From an uncultured Chloroflexia bacterium (GTDB taxonomy: Bacteria; Chloroflexota; Anaerolineae; CG2-30-64-16), in assembly GCA_963774265.1 (NCBI GenBank), contig CAVZDU010000002.1:96001-160000 (forward strand): a DNA stretch of 64,000 nt. Direction: 5' to 3'. Below the pieces are notes generated by a model. It saw only the letters and a program-made list of their open reading frames with translations. It had not been told where the DNA came from and did no database searches. Position 1 is the first letter of the stretch. Each line of letters starts with the position of its first letter. This document shows positions 28,728 to 39,370 of the stretch, one piece after another. A program made the translations under genes and the position numbers.

Positions 28728-30092
28728 TCACAGCGCAGTGACCACGTCGCGCAGCCATCGCCCTGACCGCACGCGCCACATCCCAAGCAGGAACTTCGTG
28801 AGCTCGTCACCCAGCACCACCATCATCACAACGAAGTACACTGGCAGGTGGAGCACGAAGGCGCCCAGCAGGGCGAGGGGAATCCCGATGAGCCACATTG
28901 GGCCAGTGTCGATCGCCAGGCTGAATCGGGTGTCTCCGCCGCTGCGCAAGATACCAACGATAATCAACAGATTTGAGGCTTTCAACCAAAGGGCCAGCGC
29001 CATGACCGTCATGACGCCGCGCGAGTAGGCGGCCGCCTCTGGCGAAATGTTGTAAGCGCCCAGAATGAAACGCGAGGCTCCGTAAATAAGCGCGCCCAAT
29101 GCCAAGCCAATCGCAATCGCGAGCGCCAGGAATTTGCGCGAGTAGTCGCGTGCAAGATCGCTGTTGCCCCCGCCGATGGCATTCCCCAAGATGATGGCGC
29201 AGGCGTTGCCTATCCCAAACATGGGCACCAACGCCACGCCCTCGATTGTACTGGCAATGTTCACGGCGGCAACCGATTCGGTGCCAATTCTTGCGTAGAT
29301 TCCTGTGTAGACATTCGTCCCGAGCGCCCATATCAACTCGTTGAGGATCACCGGCACAGTCGTTGTGGCGAACGTCGCAATGAAGGCGCGATTGATCCCG
29401 TGCATGTCAGCCGGGACTAAAGCGGGTGGAAGATGCCAACGGTAGGTGAAGGTGAGCAGGACGATACACTCAATTACGCGCGCGATGACCGTGGCGACCG
29501 CGGCGCCAACGATGCCGAGCTCAGGCAACCCGAAACGGCCGAAGATCAACCCGTAGGCAAGGATCGTCTTAAACGATAAGGCTCCGGCGCTGACTGCAAC
29601 GGGCAGCTTGATATTTCGCGTGGTGCGCAGAGCGATACCGAAAACGGTGCTGAACGCAGTGAAGATGTACGACAGCGCCACAATACGCAAATACGGTGTG
29701 CCAAGCGCCACCACGATCGCGTCGGACGTGTAGAGACGGAGGACGCCGGATGGAATCAGCACTGCGGTTGTCGCGAAAAGCGTGCTGCCCACCACGCCGA
29801 CTATGAGTCCTATCCCGAATGTCTTGCGGAGATTTGGCACATCCTGACGACCCCAGAATTGCGCAGTGAAGATTGCAGTTCCGCTGCCCACGCCGAACAG
29901 GAAGAGGTTCATGAGGAACGTCCACTGATTCGATAATGCCACCGCCGCGACAGAAGTCTCACCCAGCTGACCGATCAGCAGGACGTCGACTGCGTTGAGC
30001 AGGTTGAAGACAAGCGATTGCGCGGCAATGGGCAATGCAACCTTGAGCATGACCGAGTAGAATTTCCGGTCGCCGAAGAATTCACGAAGCAT
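28728..30092 (-). CDS. MATE family efflux transporter
   Basis: ALPIAAQ...VDVLLIGQLGETSVAAV, LGIVGAAVATVIAR, LRSGGDT; many TM helices. Confidence 0.92.
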   Translation of the reverse strand: MLREFFGDRKFYSVMLKVALPIAAQSLVFNLLNAVDVLLIGQLGETSVAAVALSNQWTFLMNLFLFGVGSGTAIFTAQFWGRQDVPNLRKTFGIGLIVGVVGSTLFATTAVLIPSGVLRLYTSDAIVVALGTPYLRIVALSYIFTAFSTVFGIALRTTRNIKLPVAVSAGALSFKTILAYGLIFGRFGLPELGIVGAAVATVIARVIECIVLLTFTYRWHLPPALVPADMHGINRAFIATFATTTVPVILNELIWALGTNVYTGIYARIGTESVAAVNIASTIEGVALVPMFGIGNACAIILGNAIGGGNSDLARDYSRKFLALAIAIGLALGALIYGASRFILGAYNISPEAAAYSRGVMTVMALALWLKASNLLIIVGILRSGGDTRFSLAIDTGPMWLIGIPLALLGAFVLHLPVYFVVMMVVLGDELTKFLLGMWRVRSGRWLRDVVTAL

Positions 30093-30202
30093 AAGAATCG
30101 AGTTTACCACAAGCCGCATTGCCTCCAGAAACCTGGCTTGTGCTCACCCGCGCTTTCGGTTATAACTGGCGAAGCTGAATCGAACCCGGTTAAGGAACCC
30201 AC

Positions 30203-30688
30203 ATGCCGATTACTTCCGAAGCATTCCGTGACGCGCTGCGCCACTTCCCTGCAGGCGTGACCATTGTCACCATCAAGGCTGGCGACGAGGTGCATGGCCT
30301 CACCGTGTCCGCATTCGCCTCTGTCTCGCCTGAACCGCCGCTCATCTTGATCTGTATCGACCATCGGCATCATGCACACGGTCTGCTGAAGCAGGAAGGC
30401 GCCTCGTTCGCCGTGAACATCCTGCGGGAGGACCAGTCGGAGCTTTCGAATCGATTTGCTTATGTCAACGACGAAGACCGCTTCACCGTGGGTGACTGGC
30501 GGATCGCTGAGACCGGCGCTCCGGTGTTGGCGGATGCGCTGGCCTGGCTGGACTGCACGGTCTACTGCCGCAAGCGCGCGGGCACGCACACCATCTACGT
30601 CGGGCATGTGCAGGCATCAAGCGTACCGTCTCCCGACCAGCCCCCACTGGTATGGTGGAATCGCGCATACCACCCGCTCGAAACGTAG
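30203..30688 (+). CDS. Flavin reductase family protein
   Basis: FRDALRHFPAGVTIVT, HGLTVSAFASVSPEPPL, AGTHTIYVG. Confidence 0.92.
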   Translation: MPITSEAFRDALRHFPAGVTIVTIKAGDEVHGLTVSAFASVSPEPPLILICIDHRHHAHGLLKQEGASFAVNILREDQSELSNRFAYVNDEDRFTVGDWRIAETGAPVLADALAWLDCTVYCRKRAGTHTIYVGHVQASSVPSPDQPPLVWWNRAYHPLET

Positions 30689-30774
30689 CGTACCATTGGC
30701 ATTGCCCGCTTTGAATGTGCATCGATTCACAAGATAGTGATTAGCGCTCTGACGATAGGCGAAGGGAGCTTTCG

Positions 30775-31362
30775 GTGCGATCACAGTCAAGCATCTTTCT
30801 CCTGGTGCTCCTGGTGCTGCTCTTGGCAGCGTGCAGCAGCTATCAATTTCATGGCATCCCGTACGAACCGCCGACCCCTGCCCCATCCATCGAGGGAGCG
30901 AATTGGGATGGCTCGGCATTCAGCCTTGCATCCCTCCAAGGCAAGACAGCCCTCGTTTTCTTTGGATACACATCCTGCCCCGACGTGTGCCCGACCACCC
31001 TGGCCGAGATGCGCGTTCTGTTCGAAAACCTGGATGCACGCGCCAAAGATGTCGCGGTTGTGTTTGTGAGCGTAGACCCGGAGCGTGACACCACGCAACG
31101 CCTCGGCGAATATGTACCCATGTTTAGCAACGCGTTTTTTGGCGTCCACATCGAGCCGGACGCCCTGGAGACCGTCAAACAGGGGTACGGTGTCATCGCT
31201 CAGAAGGTTTTCTACAATCCCCAGGACTCGGCGGCGGGTTACTCGATCGATCACACGGCGCGCCTCTATCTCATCGACAAAACCGGCACGCTGGTCACCT
31301 CGTATCCGTATGGATCACCGGTGGAGAACATCCAGAAGGACGTTGAACATCTACTCAAGTAA
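30775..31362 (+). CDS. SCO family copper-binding lipoprotein
   Basis: Lipobox LAAC; FFGYTSCPDVCP (CxxxC); VSVDPERD; IDHTA. Confidence 0.93.
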   Translation: MRSQSSIFLLVLLVLLLAACSSYQFHGIPYEPPTPAPSIEGANWDGSAFSLASLQGKTALVFFGYTSCPDVCPTTLAEMRVLFENLDARAKDVAVVFVSVDPERDTTQRLGEYVPMFSNAFFGVHIEPDALETVKQGYGVIAQKVFYNPQDSAAGYSIDHTARLYLIDKTGTLVTSYPYGSPVENIQKDVEHLLK

Positions 31363-31372
31363 GGGAGAGCCC

Positions 31373-31819
31373 ATGAGGCTGTCGGTACCTTTCCGTAGCG
31401 TCGCAATGCTAGCTGTTGTTTTGCTTTGCGCCGGATGCGCGGCGCCGAGCGGTGGGAAGGCCATTGCGGTCGAGAACCCATTCGCCCGGCCATCTCCATC
31501 AGAAGGGGGAAACGGCGGCGCATTCATGACGATCATAAACTCCGGCGGGGCGGTCGATCGCCTGATCTCCGCGAAGAGTGCCGCGTCCAAATCAGTGGAG
31601 CTGCATGAAACGACCGAAGAAGGCGGCGTCATGAAGATGCGTCCCGTGCCCGGCGGCTTTGAGATCCCCGCGAACGACCGCCTGGAGCTCAAACCAGGCG
31701 GCAAGCACTTGATGCTCATCGATCTCACCGCGCCCCTGACCGTTGGGCAGCAGATCGAGATCATCCTCAATTTCGACAGAGCCGGCGCGATCACGCTGAA
31801 AGTCCCAGTTCAGGAGTAG
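31373..31819 (+). CDS. Copper chaperone PCu(A)C
   Basis: VELHET...MKMR...LKPGGKHLML motif; lipoprotein-type signal. Confidence 0.92.
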   Translation: MRLSVPFRSVAMLAVVLLCAGCAAPSGGKAIAVENPFARPSPSEGGNGGAFMTIINSGGAVDRLISAKSAASKSVELHETTEEGGVMKMRPVPGGFEIPANDRLELKPGGKHLMLIDLTAPLTVGQQIEIILNFDRAGAITLKVPVQE

Positions 31820-31892
31820 AATGCGGGACTGCCCGTCAATGCGGACCGGCAGTTCATTCGTGTCGCTCGGCTACGGCCAACGGTTCAATGCG

Positions 31893-32789
31893 CTATTCTT
31901 GGATCTCAAACCCCCAGAACCACGTGACCGGTTTGCCATTTTTCGACTGGATCACGATATCCACGGAGTGCTGTCCTGGCGTCAACTGGTTCCCATTGGG
32001 CCACTTGTTGTCGTGCTGCGAGAAGGTCCACAGGTCGCACCGGTTCGATCCGCCAAACACGCAGTACGGCTTCGATTGCTCCTTCTGCTCCCACACATTC
32101 CCAACGGGGTCCGTGATCCGGAAGGTGACGGTCGAGATGCCGTCCCCATCACGACGCCCCTCGTTCCGGTCGAAGACCTCCACCTGGAACACCAGACGGT
32201 CCCTGAAGACGACGTTGCCAGAGTCAACCATCCACACCACCCCGGGCAGAATGACGTTCCGGCCGTTATTGACCGGGCGATCGTTGCTGATACGCGGCGG
32301 GATGGCCGTGTCTTCGCTATCATTGCCGAACACCTTGACAAGAGCAAGCGGCGGCAACCGCGTGGGGGTTGGCGCCGGCGTGCGCGTGACCGTCGGCATT
32401 GACGGAATCCGCCCGACTGGCAACGCCGTGAACGGCTGATTACAGATCACAAATTGAGCTCCTGCGGCCACAAAACCGAAGGACCGGCCCGCTGTCTGTT
32501 CCACCCCGATCCATGTACCCGAAGGCGTACCGCGCGCTATGAATGAAACACCACGTAACCTCGTGTTCCTCGCCAGGCGTCCAATCACAGGAAAGGCCGT
32601 CCCGGGCCCTGCACGCACCAGCAATTGAGACGCTCGGACGATGCAGGTCGCCACGGTCGGCGTAACCGTTGCCTGAGCCAGGGGCGCGACCGCCGGAGCA
32701 TCCGCGGGGGATGCGACGACGCGAGCGCTGAAAACAGTCGTCGCTACCACAACCGCACACATACTGAGAATCATGCATATTCTACGCAT
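31893..32789 (-). CDS. Secreted SH3b-domain protein
   Basis: Signal peptide; LLVRAGPGTAFPVIGRL SH3-type motif; Pro/Thr linker; C-terminal YCVFGG domain. Start overlaps the CHAT gene stop (ATGA). Confidence 0.75.
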   Translation of the reverse strand: MRRICMILSMCAVVVATTVFSARVVASPADAPAVAPLAQATVTPTVATCIVRASQLLVRAGPGTAFPVIGRLARNTRLRGVSFIARGTPSGTWIGVEQTAGRSFGFVAAGAQFVICNQPFTALPVGRIPSMPTVTRTPAPTPTRLPPLALVKVFGNDSEDTAIPPRISNDRPVNNGRNVILPGVVWMVDSGNVVFRDRLVFQVEVFDRNEGRRDGDGISTVTFRITDPVGNVWEQKEQSKPYCVFGGSNRCDLWTFSQHDNKWPNGNQLTPGQHSVDIVIQSKNGKPVTWFWGFEIQE

Positions 32790-35242
32790 CAGCCACCTCC
32801 AATTTGGACAAGCGCTTGGCTCGCCTGTTGCTGTCCGGGCGTACACCCTTCCCCTATTATCTTGTCCCGTAAGGTGCCATCCTCGGGCAGCAGGTCCCCC
32901 TGCGCCACACAAGCCGCGAAATGCTCTCGGGCTTCCTCAAAGAGATCCGCCGCGCGCTCCGGATCCTGCATTTGTAACGCTAAGTTGCCCTGGTACAATC
33001 GCGCGGCGCCCATATACGACCGGCACTGCGCAATCATGCGATACTGTTTGCTCTGGCTCAACGAGTCAAGCAACGGCGACAAATCGCGCACCGCCTCATC
33101 AAACAGAATATCCGCTTCCGCGTCGGTTGCTTCACTCTCGCCCACCCTGTACAATGTCGCCCCGCGCGACACCTGCACGTGTGCGAGTGCTAACTGAGCG
33201 ACACCGTGAGTCGTGCTGCTCAGCGGTGCGTTCTCCAGCGCCGTACGATAGGCCGTCTCAGCACCATCGAAAAGTCCGCCCGGCGACAGTGCCTCCAGGG
33301 GATCAAGCGCCTCGGCCTGCCCCATCAGTGCGCCGCCCAAGATGATCGACGCGCGGACATCGCGTTCGTTGATCGCCAATGCCTTCCGCGCCGCGGCCTC
33401 CGCTTCTTCATTGCGACCGAGAAACAGCGCTTCACGACCGAGGAAAGCGTACAGCGTATCCAACCCGGACACCATCCCGGATTTCGCAACCAACTGGCTT
33501 TCTGGCAGGTCACGCAGGCCGAGGTCAGATTCGATGTCCAGCAGAAGGTCCAGCGCTGCCTGGTGCTTGCCCAGGACATCCTCCCGCAGCGCCAGCACAA
33601 TACGGTAAAGCAAGGCCGTACGGGCGGTGACCTGGGCCGCAACGCTCTCGCGGTTAAGCGCATCCTCAGAGAGATCCGGGCTAAGAGGAATCGGTTCGCC
33701 GAAGGCATACCTGCCAATGCTCTCGCTTGCCTCGGGAGCCAACCGCGAAAAAATAAAGAACTCCTGCACGAGTTGCCGGCGTCCACCTTCTTCATCAATG
33801 CGTCCTGAGATCACGACATCTGCGTTGATCGCCTTGGCCAGGGCTGCGGCCTCGACCTCTCGCTCTTCAGCATTTATCTTCATCAGCACCGGCAACCTGT
33901 TGCGCTTCTGCGTACGCGGCAGTCCATCGTGCCATACGTTCACACGTTCGCCGGCTTCCAGCGCCTGATTCTCCCGATTCAGTGCGGCAACCATCCAGGT
34001 GCGGATCAACTCACCGTCCACGGTTCGGACGGCGCCATCAGATGTGGTGACGTCGGCGGCGTCGGTCACCGCAATGTTCATCGTTGCGACCGGGTCCATG
34101 CGCACAGCACCGAGCTGAGACCAGATCAAAAGGCCGATCAGGGCGACTGCCAACACAGCACCCGCCGCTGCTAATACCCATGTCAGGCGTTTCCGCCGAG
34201 CCGCAGGATCTGGACGCCACAGGTGTCCATCGGCCGCGCGCATGTACAACACGGCCGTTCCCCACTCCTCAGCATGACCGCCCGTGTACAGCGCCTTACG
34301 AGCTTCGGCCAGCGCCTCATCCACTGCAGCGCCGTCCGCCAACGCCGTGTAGAAACTGCGTGCGAGCGCGATGGCGGCGGAGTCCGAAATCGCCTTGCGC
34401 ATGGCTATTACCGCAGGTACACCTCCCCGAACCAGCCGTTGCGCCACGCCGGAGTAGGGGTCTTGCTCCGAGCTGACCGCACCCCGACAGGCGTTGAGCA
34501 GCGCCAGCCGAAGGGAGCGCTGATCCCGGACCAACGCGCTGAAAGTCTCCCCGCTGACGGCTTCTCCCCGATTATCGGCGCCAGATAGAAGAAGTACGCT
34601 ATCGTCGGTCGCCTCGTCAAATTCGCCGTGACCAAGGAAGTGGAGGATATGATACTCGTGCCGCAAGAGCTGTCGTTGCAGGCCTTCAATCGTCGCCGGG
34701 TCAAGACGATCCACCGTCACCGTACCCCGTGACTCAAGCTCAGATAATGCCTCCTTCAGGTTCGCCCATTCGCGCTCTACGTCAAGCGCTGGGTAGTCTG
34801 ACGGACTGGCGATGACGGCCAGCACGCGCAGCCGAATCTCAGGCCGAATCGAGTCGGCTGGTTCCGGCAGATCGAGGTAACGGACCAGGGGCGTCTCACG
34901 CGAGAGTGCGAAGAATCTCGCACGCTGGCGGTCGTAGAGGAGTTCCCACGGCAAGTCAGCCAACTCAGGCACGTCCGCCAGGCGCAGACGGATTCGCAGG
35001 CCTTTCTCAGTTCGTTCTGCCACATCGAGGCTACGACGCAATCCGCTGAGCACCTCATCGCGGAAAACCGCATCAAAGAGGGCGCCCCCCTGCATCTCGG
35101 GCGAAGCACCTGGCTGCTCAGCCTCAATCGGCCCAACCGCCGCACGCGCCTCACCCGCCGGCGAACTCAGCACATGCGCACGGTACTCCCCGTTCGCCTT
35201 CTCTATTTCGATATCGAAGTTCAGATAAACCATGTCAGGCAT
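32789..35242 (-). CDS. CHAT (caspase-like) protease - TM helix - TPR-like protein
   Basis: LPWELL, catalytic HFLGHG and LNAC intact, TM segment LTWVLAAAGAVLAVALIGLLIW, helical repeats at the C-terminus. Confidence 0.88.
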   Translation of the reverse strand: MPDMVYLNFDIEIEKANGEYRAHVLSSPAGEARAAVGPIEAEQPGASPEMQGGALFDAVFRDEVLSGLRRSLDVAERTEKGLRIRLRLADVPELADLPWELLYDRQRARFFALSRETPLVRYLDLPEPADSIRPEIRLRVLAVIASPSDYPALDVEREWANLKEALSELESRGTVTVDRLDPATIEGLQRQLLRHEYHILHFLGHGEFDEATDDSVLLLSGADNRGEAVSGETFSALVRDQRSLRLALLNACRGAVSSEQDPYSGVAQRLVRGGVPAVIAMRKAISDSAAIALARSFYTALADGAAVDEALAEARKALYTGGHAEEWGTAVLYMRAADGHLWRPDPAARRKRLTWVLAAAGAVLAVALIGLLIWSQLGAVRMDPVATMNIAVTDAADVTTSDGAVRTVDGELIRTWMVAALNRENQALEAGERVNVWHDGLPRTQKRNRLPVLMKINAEEREVEAAALAKAINADVVISGRIDEEGGRRQLVQEFFIFSRLAPEASESIGRYAFGEPIPLSPDLSEDALNRESVAAQVTARTALLYRIVLALREDVLGKHQAALDLLLDIESDLGLRDLPESQLVAKSGMVSGLDTLYAFLGREALFLGRNEEAEAAARKALAINERDVRASIILGGALMGQAEALDPLEALSPGGLFDGAETAYRTALENAPLSSTTHGVAQLALAHVQVSRGATLYRVGESEATDAEADILFDEAVRDLSPLLDSLSQSKQYRMIAQCRSYMGAARLYQGNLALQMQDPERAADLFEEAREHFAACVAQGDLLPEDGTLRDKIIGEGCTPGQQQASQALVQIGGG

Positions 35243-35475
35243 ACTTGTCCGCTCCGTGAGCGGATTGTATCTCAAGTACAAATAATGCACAAAAGACGAA
35301 CTAAAGAGGACGAGGTAATGCGGCACTAAACTTGGGCAATGGACACACGCCCTGGGGTGAATGTCTAGCGTTTGGAACCAGTCAGCGCGACGAGCGATCG
35401 ATTTCCAGGCGATGGCGCTGGCCAGAAGAGTTTTCGGCGACCACCTGAGCCAACTCAACTCGCGGCCGCAGGCTG

Positions 35476-36690
35476 CTAATGCGGGCCTGCACCTCGCCTT
35501 TGCCGGCTATCAAGAGGTCGGGTGAGATCAATGGTCAGTTCCGGAAGGAGGGCGGCCAGACCACGCAGGAGCGCGTATGCATCGGCCCGGTCGTTGTAAG
35601 CCTGAAATGAGACGCGTATGAAATGCCGCCCGCCCCAACGAATCACGGGCACCTCGACGCGGTGCTCATCATACAAACGCACCTTCAGCACGTCCAGGTC
35701 GCATGGGGGCAGCTCTGCCGCGAACATCTGCCCGAACGCCACCTCATCGCAGACGGGAGACAGCCCAGCCAAAGAGACGATGCGTTCACGGGTTTCAACA
35801 GCCAGCGCATGGCATTGCCGCCGGACCCACGGCCAGTCATGTTGCTCCTGAAAACGGATGGCGTCTGGCACTGTCAAGAAGCTCGACACGTCACGGGTCC
35901 CCTGCCACTCATGCCAATCCACGAACAGGGATGTTCCGGGCTGCTCCCCTTCCCATCCCCAGCTCACTACCAGCGGCTCCAACCACGGCTGAACCTCGCG
36001 CCGCGCATGCAGAAAGGCCGCTCCCTTGGGTGCGCAGAGCCACTTATGACACGCGCCGACGTAGATATCCGCACCGACCGCACCTACGTCGAGCGGGATC
36101 TGCCCCGGTGCGTGCGCGCCATCAACAATCGTTAAGATCCCCTGCTCCCGCGCCCGGCGGCATATCTCACCGACAGGGAAGATCAAGGCGGTCGGACTGG
36201 TGATGTGAGAAATAAAAATCACCCGCGTCCGACCGTTTACACCTTCCCAGAAGTGCTCAACAAGGTCAGCTGACGCGGGCAAGGGCAACGGGATCGGATT
36301 GTGGACGACCTTCGCGCCGACCTGTCCACAAATGTAACGCCAGGTGCGATCCAGCGCGCCGTATTCGTGGTCCGTCGTGAGGACCTCGTCTCCTGCAGCC
36401 AGTCGGGGCGCCTTACCCACGCTGATCAGGCTGCGCGCGACCATGTTTACCGCAGTAGTCGGATTCGAAAAATAGACGACATCGTCGGTCTTCACGCGAA
36501 GAAACCCGGCAAGCACCGCTCGACTCTCAGCGAGCAGCGCGGTCACCTCGCGCCCCAGGAATGCCACAGGCTGGCGTTCCAACTCAGCCTGCCAACATTG
36601 ATACGCTTCAAACACCGGCTTTGGACACGCGCCGAACGAGCCGTGATTGAGAAAATGAATGGACGGATCAAGGTTAAAAAGATGCTTCAT
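35476..36690 (-). CDS. Class V PLP enzyme (isopenicillin-N epimerase/cysteine lyase-like)
   Basis: FLNHGSFGACP, SHITSPTA, VDGAHAPG, GACHKWLCAPKG, WQGTRD. Confidence 0.9.
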   Translation of the reverse strand: MKHLFNLDPSIHFLNHGSFGACPKPVFEAYQCWQAELERQPVAFLGREVTALLAESRAVLAGFLRVKTDDVVYFSNPTTAVNMVARSLISVGKAPRLAAGDEVLTTDHEYGALDRTWRYICGQVGAKVVHNPIPLPLPASADLVEHFWEGVNGRTRVIFISHITSPTALIFPVGEICRRAREQGILTIVDGAHAPGQIPLDVGAVGADIYVGACHKWLCAPKGAAFLHARREVQPWLEPLVVSWGWEGEQPGTSLFVDWHEWQGTRDVSSFLTVPDAIRFQEQHDWPWVRRQCHALAVETRERIVSLAGLSPVCDEVAFGQMFAAELPPCDLDVLKVRLYDEHRVEVPVIRWGGRHFIRVSFQAYNDRADAYALLRGLAALLPELTIDLTRPLDSRQRRGAGPH

Positions 36691-37126
36691 GCGTTGCTGT
36701 GGATTCCGACGCGCGCTGCGCTGAGACGAGCCGAGTGAAGAGCGAATCCAGTGCGGCCTGCGGATCGATGCACAGCCCCGGATGAACAGGTGAAGGTTGT
36801 ACAATCGTGTTTCGCGGGGATGCGAGCCAACGGAAACGCTCGCCCAGAGGCAACTCGCCGATCTGGCCGGCCGGCGGGCCGCCCTGCACAATGACTGGGA
36901 TCAGGTCGAGTTGCGCCTGGATTCCGGTGATGTCGGCCTCGGGATCGAGAGCCAACACGCGACTCACGTCAAGTGCTATGCGCGCGCCCAAGAAACGCAA
37001 CTGCTTACAGAACAAAAGCACGCCGGCATTGACGAACTCCTCCCGCTCAATAGAAGGAGCCACCCGGAGAACACTGTACTCAAACGACGCGCGCACGGGC
37101 ATTTTCGGCCTCATCGACGAAGACAT
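36674..37126 (-). CDS. DUF3037 domain protein
   Basis: FEYSVLRVAPSIEREEFVNAGV...ERFRWLASPRNTIVQPSPVHPGLC. Confidence 0.9.
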   Translation of the reverse strand: MSSSMRPKMPVRASFEYSVLRVAPSIEREEFVNAGVLLFCKQLRFLGARIALDVSRVLALDPEADITGIQAQLDLIPVIVQGGPPAGQIGELPLGERFRWLASPRNTIVQPSPVHPGLCIDPQAALDSLFTRLVSAQRASESTATHEASF

Positions 37127-37871
37127 GTGAAGCGGCCAACCGCTCGGTCAGCCAACGACTGTATGCGGCACGCATCACGGCAGGCGGAACTCCGTCCAGG
37201 AGCCAGCTATCAGGGAGAAGCTCGACAATGCCCGCTATCACTTCGGGATTCAGCAACGGTTTGAGCACTGCATCTGCCTCAGGCAGGGACCCGGCGAATG
37301 CGAGTAGAACGTGGTCCTTAATCAGGGCAAACGGCGTCATGGCTCGCTGAATCGCGGTGTCATCACCGTACCAGGCGGGGCTGTGGTGGAAGTACAGGGA
37401 CGCGCCATGGTCAATCAGCCAAAGCTGCCTGCGATGCAGCAGGATGTTGACGTTGCGAGGGGTGCGGTCGACGTTGGTCACAAACGCGTCAAACCAGACG
37501 ATGGCTGCAGCCTCATCCGGCGCAGGCGATGGCGCCAGCAGGGGATTGTACTCCAACGATTCCGGCAGAAATCGCAGCCCGAGGTTGAGCCCTGAGCTGG
37601 CATTCAGCATCTCACTGATCTCCTGGTGAGCCTCGCCCATGCCGAAGTTCGGCTCGACCTGGATAAATGCGAGATCGGGAACGCGCAGGCCGAGGGCGCG
37701 TCCAATTTCGCCGGCGAGCAACTCGGCGATAAGCGCGCGTCGACCTTGCGCGGCCGCGTGGAACTTAAGTACGTAGAGTTCGCCGTCATCCGCCTCAACG
37801 AGCGCCGGCACCGACCCGCCCTGTCGAAATGGCTGAATGTAGCGGGTCGCCGTTAGAGTACGATCAATCAT
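37080..37871 (-). CDS. HipA-like kinase
   Basis: RQGGSVP, YVLKF, IAEL, FVTNVDRTPRNVN, LIDHGA. Confidence 0.88.
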   Translation of the reverse strand: MIDRTLTATRYIQPFRQGGSVPALVEADDGELYVLKFHAAAQGRRALIAELLAGEIGRALGLRVPDLAFIQVEPNFGMGEAHQEISEMLNASSGLNLGLRFLPESLEYNPLLAPSPAPDEAAAIVWFDAFVTNVDRTPRNVNILLHRRQLWLIDHGASLYFHHSPAWYGDDTAIQRAMTPFALIKDHVLLAFAGSLPEADAVLKPLLNPEVIAGIVELLPDSWLLDGVPPAVMRAAYSRWLTERLAASHVFVDEAENARARVV

Positions 37872-37939
37872 GGCAAAAAATCGCTGGCTCGCTTTCAGAG
37901 AGTGGTTGATTAACCCGGCGACATTCTACCACAGACCCA

Positions 37940-39370
37940 TCACTGCTCAACCACCACCTGCTGCACCGTGCCACGTCCTAAATCGGCAACGTACACTTCG
38001 CCTGCGTCATCCTCACCGAACGAACTCAGGCTCGACCCGGTCTCAAGGAGCAGAAGAGGTGCGCCAGGATTTGCCGCGTCCAGGCCCCAAATCCGGCCGC
38101 TGCAGAAGTCACCGTAAAGGTAGACGCCGACCAGCCTTGGATGCTGCGCGCCGCGATACACGTAACCACCTGTGACCGAGCAGTCCCCTGCGCCGTGAGT
38201 GTAAGTGGCGACCGGTAGTTCGAGCCCAGCCCGGTCGCAGTTGGCCTGCTGGAAACAAGACCCGCCTTCCATGACCGGCCAGCCGAAGTTCAGCCCGCCT
38301 TTCGATCCCGAGCGCACGACATTTACTTCTTCGATCTGGTTCTGACCCACATCCGCGATCCACAGATCCCCTGTGGCGCGGTCGAAGCTGTAGCGCCATG
38401 GATTCCGCAGTCCCACCGCCCACACCTGATCGCGGACATCCTTGCCCGCCCAGGCCGCACGTACCCACGGATTATCCGCCGGGATCGCATACGGCTGCGC
38501 AAGATCGCTCGTTACGTCAAGCCGCAACATCTTACCCAGGAGCGTATCCGCGTTCTGGCCGTTGCCGTAACGGTCATTGGCCGCGCCTCCATCCCCGGTG
38601 CCAATCCACAGATAGCCATCTGGCCCGAATACGATATTGCCGCCATTATGGTTGGCCGCGGGTTGGTCGAGGCCGAGCACTTTGAACTCGCTTCGAGGAT
38701 CAGCAACATTCGGATCGTCGGTGACTCCGAAGCGTGCAATAACCGTATCCCCGTTCTTATCCGTATAATCGACGAAGAAGAATTTGCGCGTTGCGTAGTC
38801 GGGCGGAAAAACCAGGCCGAGCAAGCCCTGTTCGGAACCAGAACTGGTGATGCGATCAGCGATGTTCAGGAACGGCTGCTCCAGCAGCTGACCGTCAATG
38901 ACGAGGCGGATGGCTCCGGTTTTTTCGACAATGAACAATCGCCCGCTGCCATCGCCCGCGTGGGTGACCAAGAGCGGATTGGATAAACCCTGCGCCACCG
39001 GCGAGAGCCTCAAGCGCAATGCGTGCAGTTGGGGCGCAGGAGCCGGGGCAAGTGTCGCGGCGGCTGGTGGGAAAGGCGATGTGGCTGCTGCAGATGTAGC
39101 GACCGGTTGGGTTCCTTCAGCCGCAGATGGCGGCGCAGATGGCGAGGCAAGCGGGGAGACAAGCGCAGGCTCGGTTTTTGTCGGGCCGGCGATCGGCGAT
39201 ATCGGCCCAGTCGCGGCAGTGGCTACGCCTGTGACGACCTCTGCCCCGGACGTAACGGGTGTCGCGGTTGGTGCGCTTTGTTCTGAACAGGCTGCCATCA
39301 GCAGAGCAAGACCTGCGCACGCCAAAATCATCCGAAATAAGCGAATATGGGCTCGAGTCAGGTGTATCAT
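37940..39370 (-). CDS. PQQ-dependent sugar dehydrogenase (GSDH family) lipoprotein
   Basis: Lipobox MAAC; EQGLLG, NHNGG, FGPDGYLWIGTGDGG, GLRNPWR, ADVGQ, SSFGED. Confidence 0.92.
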   Translation of the reverse strand: MIHLTRAHIRLFRMILACAGLALLMAACSEQSAPTATPVTSGAEVVTGVATAATGPISPIAGPTKTEPALVSPLASPSAPPSAAEGTQPVATSAAATSPFPPAAATLAPAPAPQLHALRLRLSPVAQGLSNPLLVTHAGDGSGRLFIVEKTGAIRLVIDGQLLEQPFLNIADRITSSGSEQGLLGLVFPPDYATRKFFFVDYTDKNGDTVIARFGVTDDPNVADPRSEFKVLGLDQPAANHNGGNIVFGPDGYLWIGTGDGGAANDRYGNGQNADTLLGKMLRLDVTSDLAQPYAIPADNPWVRAAWAGKDVRDQVWAVGLRNPWRYSFDRATGDLWIADVGQNQIEEVNVVRSGSKGGLNFGWPVMEGGSCFQQANCDRAGLELPVATYTHGAGDCSVTGGYVYRGAQHPRLVGVYLYGDFCSGRIWGLDAANPGAPLLLLETGSSLSSFGEDDAGEVYVADLGRGTVQQVVVEQ

